Notes: a model not told the origin generated them from the letters alone. Numbered from the stretch's first letter, positions 7,570 through 14,655 are shown. The stretch is 17,248 bases of DNA from Candidatus Methylomirabilota bacterium (GCA_016209725.1 JACQVO010000121.1:1-17248), one strand, 5' to 3'. Numbers and translations are program-made.

Positions 7570-7595
7570 TTCCAAATTGACGGCAAGCGGAGGAG

Positions 7596-8771
7596 TTACT
7601 GGCGGCCGGCGCGTTCCAGGATGGACACGATCACGACGATGATGGCGGCCTGGAGGATCAGGATCCCCGCGTCCAGGGGCCGGGCGTTCCGCAGTGCCAT
7701 GCCGGCCAGCCCCATGGAAATGCAGAGGGCGAATATCAGGAAGACGGTCTTCCGCCTGCTCCTCAGGAGAGTCTCCAGCCGGTGGTGCAGGTGGTCCTTC
7801 CCCACGTAGGCGATCCACTCCCGGAATGTCCGAACCTTTCCCGTCACGATCCTGGTTACCGTGATGTGGGTCATGTCGAAGATGAATATCCAGAAGATGA
7901 GCACGGGGGCCGCGATGTCCATGACGCTGCTCTCGGCCCATTCCCCCTTGATCGCCAGGGCAGCCAGCACAAAGCCCAGGAACGTGCTGCCGGTGTCCCC
8001 CAGGAAAATGGCGGCCGGACGCGTCGCCCGGAGGTTGAACGGCAGGAATCCCAGGCAGCTCCCCACGATGGCGGCCGCGAACCATCCCAGAAAGGGCTGG
8101 AAGGTCTGCGCCGCCACCAACCCCAGGAAACCCCCGGTGATGATGCTGAGACCGGTTGCCAGCCCGTCCATGCCGTCGAAGAAATTCATGGCATTGGTGA
8201 TGCCGAGGAGCCAGAGGATGGTCAGGGCCGCGTCTGCCACATTGCCGGCCACGGACCGCGGGAACAAAGTCAGCACCACGCCGGAGCCCATGACCCCGGC
8301 CGCCGCCAGGAGCTGCGTCACCAGCTTGAGCCAGGCCGGAGCGCCCCGGGCATCATCCACGATCCCGATCAGCACGAGCAGCGTTCCCCCCGCCATGATG
8401 GCCATGACCTGCTGATCCAGGATCGAGTTGGCCAGGATGGAGATCCCGAAGGCCGTATAGATGGCCAGGCCTCCGAGGAGGGGCGTCGGCTCCGTGTGGA
8501 CTTTTCGCGAGGCCGGGAAGTCGAGCACCTGCAGCAGGGAGGCGATGCGGATGACCAGGGGGGTGAACCCGAAGGAAATGAGTCCCGACACCACGAGAAT
8601 GTACAGCCAGCGGGCACCCGACATGTGCCACGTGGTCCGGACGCCGGGAAGCAAGAGAGCGCCCGCCAGCCCCAGGCTGAGGAGGCTGATCCACAGCGGG
8701 TACCGGGCGATGCCGCCTTGGGCGGGAACCGCGGGCGGCCCGATGGCCGCCCGGCTCCCCGACTGACTCAT
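7596..8771 (-). CDS. MraY/WecA-family polyprenyl-phosphate N-acetylhexosamine-1-phosphate transferase (initiating transferase)
   Basis: Multi-TM protein with NAMNFFDGMDGLA and IFLGDTGSTFLGF motifs. The start is trimmed to the ATG at 8771, which overlaps the upstream DegT stop as ATGA. The Arg/Pro-rich extension up to 9062 is out-of-frame reading of the DegT gene. Confidence 0.85.
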   Translation of the reverse strand: MSQSGSRAAIGPPAVPAQGGIARYPLWISLLSLGLAGALLLPGVRTTWHMSGARWLYILVVSGLISFGFTPLVIRIASLLQVLDFPASRKVHTEPTPLLGGLAIYTAFGISILANSILDQQVMAIMAGGTLLVLIGIVDDARGAPAWLKLVTQLLAAAGVMGSGVVLTLFPRSVAGNVADAALTILWLLGITNAMNFFDGMDGLATGLSIITGGFLGLVAAQTFQPFLGWFAAAIVGSCLGFLPFNLRATRPAAIFLGDTGSTFLGFVLAALAIKGEWAESSVMDIAAPVLIFWIFIFDMTHITVTRIVTGKVRTFREWIAYVGKDHLHHRLETLLRSRRKTVFLIFALCISMGLAGMALRNARPLDAGILILQAAIIVVIVSILERAGRQ

Positions 8772-9841
8772 CCCAGCACCCGCTGGAGGGCGCGGGTCAC
8801 CAGGGTCTCTTCCCGTGGCGTCAAGGCGGGATACACCGGCACGGACAGTCCATGGCGAAAGGCATGGGCGGCTCCGGGGAATCCGTCGAGTCCCAAGGTC
8901 AGGTGGAGGGGTCGGAAGACCGGGGGGCGGGCAGTGACACCCAATCCGGCCAGGCGGCGGGAGGCCGCCGTGGCCGCCGTGGGCACGCCGATGACGAAGC
9001 GGTGATAGACGTGGCTGCGTCCGGCGCCGGACGGAGGGAGGGTGATGGGCAGGTCTGCCCATTGGCGGCGGTAGCGTGCGGCGATGGCCGCCCGGCGGGA
9101 CAGCATGGCGGGCAGCCGGCGCAACTGGCTCCGGCCCAGCGCCGCCTGGAAGTCCGTGAGCTTGTAGTTGAACCGCATCCGGTGCTGCCGGCGTTCGTCG
9201 TACTCCCGCCGGTCCCGCATGCGAGCCACGAGGCGCGGGTCGCGACTGAGCAGCATCCCCCCTTCGCCGGTCGTCAGCAATTTGGTCGCGTAGAACGAGA
9301 CGATGCTGGCGCTTCCGAAGGCACCGACGGGCCGTCCTCGATACCGGGCGCCGAAGGCCTGGGCGCAGTCCTCGATCAGGGGAATGCCGAGGGCGAGGAG
9401 ACCCTCCAGATCCGCGGGGAGACCGAACTGGTGGGGAACGATGACGGCGCGGGTCCGCCGCGTGAGCCGCCGCCGGACGTCGGCGGGATCCAGGTTATAG
9501 GTGGCCGGGTCCACATCCGCCAGACGGGCAGTGGCCCCGACGTACTGCACGGCGTGCAAGGGGGCCACGCAGACATAGCTCGGCAGGATCACCTCATCGC
9601 CCGGACCGATGCCCAATCCCAGGAGGGCCAGGTGCAGGGCGGCGGTTCCCGAGCTGACCGCCAGGCCGGGCGGGAGCCCCAAGCACTCGCCAACCTCGGC
9701 CTCGAAACCGGCCACCTCGGCCCCCTGCGCCAGGGCCCCGCTTGCGACCACGCGGGCCACGGCCCGCACGTCGGCGGCAGTGATCCAGGGGCGAGAGTGC
9801 GGAACACACTCAGGCGACTTGGCAGTCCGGCGATCTGGCAA
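8768..9841 (-). CDS. DegT/DnrJ/EryC1/StrS-family PLP-dependent sugar aminotransferase
   Basis: HSRPWIT..., SSGTAALHLAL, PSYVCVAPLHAV, DCAQAFGA, SFYATKLLTTGEGGML (PLP lysine context). The only in-frame start is the TTG at 9841, which lies inside an octamer-repeat block, so the start is uncertain. Confidence 0.8.
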   Translation of the reverse strand: MPDRRTAKSPECVPHSRPWITAADVRAVARVVASGALAQGAEVAGFEAEVGECLGLPPGLAVSSGTAALHLALLGLGIGPGDEVILPSYVCVAPLHAVQYVGATARLADVDPATYNLDPADVRRRLTRRTRAVIVPHQFGLPADLEGLLALGIPLIEDCAQAFGARYRGRPVGAFGSASIVSFYATKLLTTGEGGMLLSRDPRLVARMRDRREYDERRQHRMRFNYKLTDFQAALGRSQLRRLPAMLSRRAAIAARYRRQWADLPITLPPSGAGRSHVYHRFVIGVPTAATAASRRLAGLGVTARPPVFRPLHLTLGLDGFPGAAHAFRHGLSVPVYPALTPREETLVTRALQRVLG

Positions 9842-9850
9842 TCGGGGATC
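9811..9850. repeat. Block of about 5 degenerate tandem octamers (caggcgac ttggcagt ccggcgat ctggcaat cggggatc)
   Basis: 8-nt periodicity read directly from the sequence. Same unit family as 9856-9919 but phase-shifted. Overlaps the first 10 codons of the DegT ORF. Confidence 0.6.
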
Positions 9851-9855
9851 CTTTC

Positions 9856-9919
9856 TAGGCGGTCAGGCAGTCAGGCAATCGGGCACCCAGGCAATCGGGC
9901 AACTCGGCGGTCAGGCGAT
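9856..9919. repeat. Array of 8 tandem octamers, consensus about CAGGCAAT / CGGGCAMC (left arm of the four-helix-bundle cassette)
   Basis: taggcggt caggcagt caggcaat cgggcacc caggcaat cgggcaac tcggcggt caggcgat, read directly from the sequence. Confidence 0.85.
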
Positions 9920-9990
9920 TCGTTCCACACCTCATCCGCAAGCATCTCGGCCAGTCGGTAGATTCGCAGACCCTTAAGACCCTCGGCCAT
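9871..9990 (-). pseudogene. Truncated four-helix-bundle (23S rRNA intervening-sequence protein / Avd-like) gene, N-terminal about 25 codons only
   Basis: ATG at 9990 is preceded by GGGAGGGAG. MAEGLKGLRIYRLAEMLADEVWNE resembles the N-terminal helix of a four-helix-bundle subfamily (..L.vYqLaeeLaDeiW..). The frame then runs into the octamer array (SPDRRVARLPGCPIA) and stops. Confidence 0.45.
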
Positions 9991-10027
9991 TTCCGCTCCC
10001 TCCCATGGATTTTCTTGTCTCCCCCCT

Positions 10028-10067
10028 GATTGCCCGAGTGCCAGAGTGCCCGATTGCCGGTTGCCAG
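10028..10067. repeat. Array of 5 tandem octamers (gattgccc gagtgcca gagtgccc gattgccg gttgccag), inverted relative to 9856-9919 (right arm)
   Basis: The reverse complement of these units (gggcaatc etc.) matches the left-arm units. For example, ccggcaatcgggcac vs caggcaatcgggcac is 14/15. Confidence 0.8.
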
Positions 10068-10070
10068 CCT

Positions 10071-10691
10071 TCAGGGATTGATATTGATGAACAACCGGAG
10101 GGGGATGAAGCCTTCGGCGTTGCGGACGCGGCCCTGGATTCCCCGGAAATGGGCCGAAGACCGGGCGATGTCCAGGATGGACAGTCCCTCGATATTGGTC
10201 TTGCCAACCTGGGAGCCGTGGGCCTGGAGGGTGGCGATCTTGTCTTCCAGGACACTGTCCACGTCCACGAAGACGGAGGGGGAGAAGTTCTGGGTGGTGG
10301 GTCCCTCGTAGAACAGGACGTTTCGCGTGTACCGGGTGGCGGTGATCGTGGAGGTGGCCAGGTGGCGGTGATCCTGGTGGGTGTCGTCGTGATAGTGGAC
10401 GAAGATGAAGTCCGGCTGTGCCTCGTGGATCACGCGCTCGACGCGCTGGATGATTTCGCGGTCCAGGGGGATGGCGGTATCGGGGTATCCCCCCCAGAAC
10501 AGCTTGGAGGCCCGGAGGATTTGGGCAGACTCCTCCTGCTCCCGCCGCCGGATGGCGCCGTCGCCGCCGCCGCTCCCGTCGGTCATCAGCAGCAGGAAGA
10601 CCTGGTGTCCCTGCCGGGCATACTTGATCAGGCTTCCTCCGCAACCGATTTCGATATCGTCCGGGTGGGCGCCGATGGCCAGGATGCGCAT
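10071..10691 (-). CDS. PIG-L/LmbE-family N-acetylglucosaminyl deacetylase
   Basis: MRILAIGAHPDDIEIGCGGSLIKY... is the canonical AHPDD.E.G.GG motif, and HQDH lies downstream. SD GAGAGGTGA precedes the ATG at 10691. Confidence 0.85.
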   Translation of the reverse strand: MRILAIGAHPDDIEIGCGGSLIKYARQGHQVFLLLMTDGSGGGDGAIRRREQEESAQILRASKLFWGGYPDTAIPLDREIIQRVERVIHEAQPDFIFVHYHDDTHQDHRHLATSTITATRYTRNVLFYEGPTTQNFSPSVFVDVDSVLEDKIATLQAHGSQVGKTNIEGLSILDIARSSAHFRGIQGRVRNAEGFIPLRLFININP

Positions 10692-10702
10692 AGGTCACCT
10701 CT

Positions 10703-10734
10703 CTCACGCAGAGACGCAGAAGCGCAGAGGAGAA
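10703..10734. repeat. Arm of the GxxExxY cassette containing 3 tandem octamers (cgcagaga cgcagaag cgcagagg)
   Basis: ctcacgcagagacgcagaagcgcagaggagaa. It matches the reverse complement of 11182-11210 at 24/27 positions ungapped, with the first 15 identical. Confidence 0.85.
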
Positions 10735-10785
10735 CTACGGCCTATTCCCAATACGACGGACACCATCCCTGATGATCAGTGCACC
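10735..10785 (-). pseudogene. Vestigial 3' end (last 16 codons plus stop) of a second, diverged GxxExxY gene
   Basis: The minus strand reads GALIIRDGVRRIGNRP*, against GAPVIKDGIRRIVNRL* in the intact gene 65 nt away. By hand alignment, 38/51 nt are identical to 10800-10850. Confidence 0.55.
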
Positions 10786-10799
10786 ACAGCCGAGCAAAA

Positions 10800-11177
10800 C
10801 TACAGCCTATTCACAATACGGCGGATGCCGTCCTTGATGACTGGCGCCCCAAAGTTGATGAGGGGGCCCAGTCTGTAGTCGAGCAGGCGAAGGTAGGTCA
10901 GGAGCTGCTTTGAGTGAACGCGGGAAAGCTCCTCCACGGATTTCAGCTCGACGACGACGCAGTGTTCTACGATCAAGTCTGCTCGAAACCCCTCCTCAAA
11001 GCGGATTCCCTCGAACTCGATGGGAACAGGCTTCTGACGCTCGACCTTCAGACCTCGCCTCCCCAACTCATGAGCCAAAACCACCTCGTAGACGGACTCA
11101 AGCAATCCCGGCCCGAGTGTGCGGTGGATGTGAAAGGCCGCATCCACGATCGTGCCTGAGATTGAATTGAGATCCAT
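10800..11177 (-). CDS. GxxExxY protein (PD-(D/E)XK nuclease-fold, PDDEXK_3-like)
   Basis: GPGLLESVY is the GxxExxY signature. FRADLIVEHCVVVELKSVE is a D...E.K nuclease-like core. Size about 125 aa. The ATG at 11177 overlaps the WbqC TGA by one nt (TGATG). A GTG at 11180 is an alternative start. Confidence 0.85.
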   Translation of the reverse strand: MDLNSISGTIVDAAFHIHRTLGPGLLESVYEVVLAHELGRRGLKVERQKPVPIEFEGIRFEEGFRADLIVEHCVVVELKSVEELSRVHSKQLLTYLRLLDYRLGPLINFGAPVIKDGIRRIVNRL

Positions 11178-11920
11178 CACCTTCTCTGCGTCTCCGCGTC
11201 TCTGCGTGAGACGTCAACGTGGCATTCGAGCGGCGACCAGGAGCGCCCCGATCGGATGATCGGCAGGCTCTCCGGGCCGCAATTGAGGAGCAAATCTATC
11301 ACTGCCAGGGTGGAAACGAAAGGCGGATATCGCTGGGGGTACTCGGGATGCCGGTAGGCCTGGACCTGGATGGCAATGCCTGCCTGGCTGAAGCGGCTGA
11401 CGTCCATGTAGGATGGGCCGGTCGGACCGGCGAGATACGTGGTGCCGCCCACCGCGCGGCAGAGGTCGATCAGGCGTCCGGTGGGGTCCTCCTGCGCCTG
11501 CAGGCTGGAGGCCAGGATACGGGGGGTTGTGATGCCCAGGTGCTGGCAGAGCACGTCCGTGACGGCGACGTTCAGCTCGCTCAGGCGGGCCCAGGGCCGC
11601 TCCAGCAGGGCCTGGAGGGCCGGCCCGAGGGGATCCCAAAACGGTGCCCGGCCGTAGTGCAGGCGGAGGGCCTGGCAGTGTTTGCGCTGCCAGTCCGTCC
11701 GGGGATTGATCTCCACCCGGTCAATCCGTTCGGGAAAGCGGTCGATGATGGGCACGGTCAACCATTGCCAGCCGTCCTTGGTGCGAATGCGGTTGCGGTT
11801 CTGCCACTCGTGCTTCGTGAACTGGACCGTGTCCAGGAGGATGAAGACATCGGCCGAGTCCAGCTTGTCGAAGTACCCCAGCCAGGGAAGGTAGTGCGGT
11901 TGATGGATGGCGACCTTCAC
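11177..11920 (-). CDS. WbqC-like family protein (polysaccharide-locus protein of unknown reaction)
   Basis: MKVAIHQPHYLPWLGYFDKL...FILLDTVQF...WQNRNRI matches the WbqC-like family N-terminus. GTG start at 11920 overlaps the upstream stop (GTGA). The last about 11 codons (SRRDAETQRR*) are encoded by the cassette arm. Confidence 0.8.
   Translation of the reverse strand: MKVAIHQPHYLPWLGYFDKLDSADVFILLDTVQFTKHEWQNRNRIRTKDGWQWLTVPIIDRFPERIDRVEINPRTDWQRKHCQALRLHYGRAPFWDPLGPALQALLERPWARLSELNVAVTDVLCQHLGITTPRILASSLQAQEDPTGRLIDLCRAVGGTTYLAGPTGPSYMDVSRFSQAGIAIQVQAYRHPEYPQRYPPFVSTLAVIDLLLNCGPESLPIIRSGRSWSPLECHVDVSRRDAETQRR
11182..11210. repeat. Arm of the GxxExxY cassette containing 3 tandem octamers (tctctgcg tctccgcg tctctgcg), inverted relative to 10703-10734
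   Basis: ttctctgcgtctccgcgtctctgcgtgag, read directly from the sequence. Confidence 0.85.
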
Positions 11921-13476
11921 GGGCTGCCTCCGCGCCCCGTCCTGACAAAGATCGGGTTGCTCAGGATCTGGTGCCCGCCCGGACCGCGGACCTCCAGGCG
12001 ATAGAACAGACTGGTCTCCGCCGGGAGGTCGGATTCACTCCATTGGAGGGTGACGGGGGTCTCCCCGCGCCCCGAGTGGACCACGCTGCCGTTCCGCACC
12101 AGGAGCGTCTGGATCCCGATCCGCCGTTCCCCCGTGGCACGGATCACGGCGCGCACCTCGGGCCTGTCGCCGGCACGCAGCGCCAGCCGATCGCCCGCCT
12201 CGGCGGCGGGGTGGTCGGGGAGAATCACCTGGAACTGGTCGAGGGCCAGGCCAATCTCCGGGGTGCGCTGCAGGGCATAGAAGCGTCCCTTGCGCAGGGC
12301 TTCGAGAAGCGCGGCCGGGTCCTTGCGGTCCACCAGGAAGACCGTTTGGACGTCGCCGAATCGCTTGCCCGCCTGCCCTTCGCGATGGTAGGCCGCCTCG
12401 CCGATCGCCCAGGCAGGAACAGCCCGACGGCCACTGAGATAATCGGCCAGGAGCCGGTCCCACCCCCCGCCGGGCTGGGTGAACGTCGTGGTGTCCTCGT
12501 AGACGCCGCCGAAGGCGGTGAACCGATCCGTCCGGAGGAGATCGGACGGGTAGGGATCGGTGTGGATCGTCGCCTGCATCCGTGCCACGGTGACCAATTG
12601 GTGATCCCGCGCCTCGGGCATGGACCAGACCGCCAGGCCGCCCCGCGCGGCGACGAAATCAATCACCGCCTGGTGCGGCCGCAGCCCCGCCTCCGAATCA
12701 TACGGGGAGACCGGGGGCGTGCGAAAGGGAAAGTTGTTCGCCAGCAGGGCTGCCCCGATCGTCAGGCAGAGGACGCCGCAGCCTGTGAACCGGCGCTCCA
12801 CGGTGAACTTGACGTGCTGGAGGCGAACGAGTCGCCTGCGCCGAACCCGGAGCAGCCACACCCCCGGCACCGCCAGTGTGACGGGGGAGAGGAGCCACAG
12901 GCTTCCAAGACCCCAATGGGCGGCGTTGGCGTTTCCGACGACGGGGAGGTCCCGGTAATCCTCGGGCCGATTCAGGCCGAGGACCAGGATGTTCTTCTGC
13001 CCGTTATACATCGTCAGCGTGCCCTGGAACAGGTTGCCCGTCCAATAATAGTGCGGGATCACCTCCGCGCCGGGAATGAGGACCACATCCTGCTGGCGGG
13101 CATTGGCGGCCCGGACTGCATCCAGGAACGGTTCGGGTCCCTGGCTCATGAGCGAGGGGTATTCCACCCGGTAGCGCAGGAGGTTCCGGAGAGGGGGCAG
13201 CCCGTATTCAAAGCGCTGCAGGTGATTCTCGGTCAGGAAGATGGCATCGACCCCCACGACGCGCGCACGGGCCACCAGTCCGTCGAGGGTGAAATCGCCG
13301 GAGCTCCACGTGGTGTGCGCGTGCACGACGGCGGGGATCGGGCGCAGGGGGCCGGCAGCGTGAAGCGGTGTGGCCGCCAGCATGACCAGACCCATCGCCA
13401 GCCCCAGATATGCGACTCTCCGTCCGGTCCGGCGTCCTAACCCCCATTCGAAATTCCTTGGCGACCTTGGCGTCAT
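11917..13476 (-). CDS. Membrane-anchored PHP-domain-like metal-dependent phosphoesterase (tentative)
   Basis: N-terminal signal/anchor (RRTGRRVAYLGLAMGLVMLAATPLHA). VVHAHTTWSSGDFTLDGLVARARVVGVDAIFLTENH resembles the PHP H.H...S.D motif block. Internal hydrophobic segments near LGSLWLLSPVTLAVPGVWLL and CGVLCLTIGAALL. No clear SD, so the start is uncertain. Confidence 0.5.
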   Translation of the reverse strand: MTPRSPRNFEWGLGRRTGRRVAYLGLAMGLVMLAATPLHAAGPLRPIPAVVHAHTTWSSGDFTLDGLVARARVVGVDAIFLTENHLQRFEYGLPPLRNLLRYRVEYPSLMSQGPEPFLDAVRAANARQQDVVLIPGAEVIPHYYWTGNLFQGTLTMYNGQKNILVLGLNRPEDYRDLPVVGNANAAHWGLGSLWLLSPVTLAVPGVWLLRVRRRRLVRLQHVKFTVERRFTGCGVLCLTIGAALLANNFPFRTPPVSPYDSEAGLRPHQAVIDFVAARGGLAVWSMPEARDHQLVTVARMQATIHTDPYPSDLLRTDRFTAFGGVYEDTTTFTQPGGGWDRLLADYLSGRRAVPAWAIGEAAYHREGQAGKRFGDVQTVFLVDRKDPAALLEALRKGRFYALQRTPEIGLALDQFQVILPDHPAAEAGDRLALRAGDRPEVRAVIRATGERRIGIQTLLVRNGSVVHSGRGETPVTLQWSESDLPAETSLFYRLEVRGPGGHQILSNPIFVRTGRGGSP

Positions 13477-13516
13477 GGCGGTTCAAGTGTTTTTTCGGAT
13501 CAGGGCTAACAGCGGG

Positions 13517-14653
13517 CTACCTGGAGCGGCCATCGGCCGTCACCTCTCGGTACACCTTGGCCAGGGCATCCAACATGGCCTGGGCGCTGTAGCGCGGGGC
13601 GCGGCGGCGTCCCGCCTCTCCCAGGGCGGCGGCCCGGGCCGGATCCTGAAGCAACGTGCCGATGGCCTCGGCCAGGGCCGCCGAATCGCGGGCCGGCACC
13701 AGCAGTCCCGCCTCCCCGTCGCCCAGGAGTTCGGCCACCCCGCCCACCCGCGTGGCCACGATCGGCTTTCCCAGGGCCATGGCCATGACCAGGACCCTCC
13801 CCATGCCCTCGTTGAGGGACGGAAGCGCCACGATATCCATTCCGGCCATGATCGAGGGAACGTCCTCGCGGAAGCCGGCGAAGGTGATCCGATCCCCAAG
13901 ACGGAGCGCGCCCGCCTGCGCCTCGAGCGCCGCCCGCGTCTCGCCGTCACCGACCAGGAGGAACCGGGCCTCGGGGCATCGTTGAAGAATCTGCGGAACG
14001 GCGTCGATCAGATAGTTGAGACCTTTGATCGGGGTGAGGCGTGCGATGACGCCGATCACCGGCCCCCCCGATACCAGGCGCACCGGCATGGCGGCCTGGA
14101 CGCCGTCGAGGTCCACCCCGCTGGGGATCGTCACGAACTGCTCCGGACGTCCGATCCCGTGCCGCAGGTGATCGCGCGCCTCCGCGTCGCTGAGCGTGAT
14201 GATGCGGTCCGTGAAGCGGGCCGCCACCCGTTCCAGCGCCAGGAAGACGCGGGTCGTGACCGGGGAGAAGTAGCCCTCGAAGATGTGGCCGTGCGGAGTA
14301 TGCAGGATGTGGGGGACCCCCGCAGCCCGGGCGGCGACGCGGCCCAGGAAGCCGGCCTTGGAGGAGTGGGTGTGGACGATGTCGGGCGGCACCCGGCGGA
14401 GGACCCGCCGCAACTGCCAGAGGGCCCGGCAGTCCGCCACCGGACTCACGAGGCGGCGGAGGTGCGGCACCTGGATCCACGCCACGCCGGCCCGCGAGAG
14501 GGTCTCGGAGAGTCCCGGCGGAGGATCCGCCGTCGCCCCCGACACGATGCTCCCGGTGAACTCCGCCCCGGGCATCCGGGTCGCGGAGATCACGGTGTTC
14601 TCCGTGGATCCCCCCACGTCCAGGCGGGTGATGATGTGGACGATACGGACCAC
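13517..14653 (-). CDS. Glycosyltransferase family 4 (GT-B, Glycos_transf_1)
   Basis: VVRIVHIITRLDVGG N-terminus, HTHSSKAGFLG, and LVGDG......FAGF.....PSLNEGMGRVLVMAMALGKPIVATRVGGVAELL (E-x7-E region). The start is trimmed to the GTG at 14653, 2 nt after the methyltransferase stop. The longer listed ORF up to 15454 is an out-of-frame extension. Confidence 0.85.
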   Translation of the reverse strand: MVRIVHIITRLDVGGSTENTVISATRMPGAEFTGSIVSGATADPPPGLSETLSRAGVAWIQVPHLRRLVSPVADCRALWQLRRVLRRVPPDIVHTHSSKAGFLGRVAARAAGVPHILHTPHGHIFEGYFSPVTTRVFLALERVAARFTDRIITLSDAEARDHLRHGIGRPEQFVTIPSGVDLDGVQAAMPVRLVSGGPVIGVIARLTPIKGLNYLIDAVPQILQRCPEARFLLVGDGETRAALEAQAGALRLGDRITFAGFREDVPSIMAGMDIVALPSLNEGMGRVLVMAMALGKPIVATRVGGVAELLGDGEAGLLVPARDSAALAEAIGTLLQDPARAAALGEAGRRRAPRYSAQAMLDALAKVYREVTADGRSR

Positions 14654-14655
14654 GC

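Noticed and set aside
6585-7580. 331-aa plus-strand ORF in an alternative frame of the orphan gene
   Set aside because: It is extremely Arg/Pro/Gly-rich, has no SD, and is overlapped entirely by the better-composed 370-aa frame.
7570-7595. Bidirectional terminator between the convergent orphan gene and the WecA-like gene
   Set aside because: The gap is only 26 nt, with no stem-loop or U-tract that I can find by eye.
7782-9961. Long plus-strand ORFs (7782-9005 and 8852-9961) antisense to the WecA-like and DegT genes
   Set aside because: They show the same antisense-frame composition bias (R/G/P/D/E runs). The minus-strand frames carry clear family motifs.
9871-10707. 278-aa minus-strand ORF covering the PIG-L gene in another frame
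   Set aside because: Most of it is an out-of-frame reading of the PIG-L gene (Pro/Arg/Gly-rich). Only the last 39 codons, which have their own SD and ATG at 9990, look like a gene fragment.
9856-11210. Octamer arms as REP partners of the RAYT-like transposase at 3352-4323
   Set aside because: There is no sequence similarity between the 28-mer and either octamer family, and the two octamer families differ from each other. A functional link cannot be inferred from this window.
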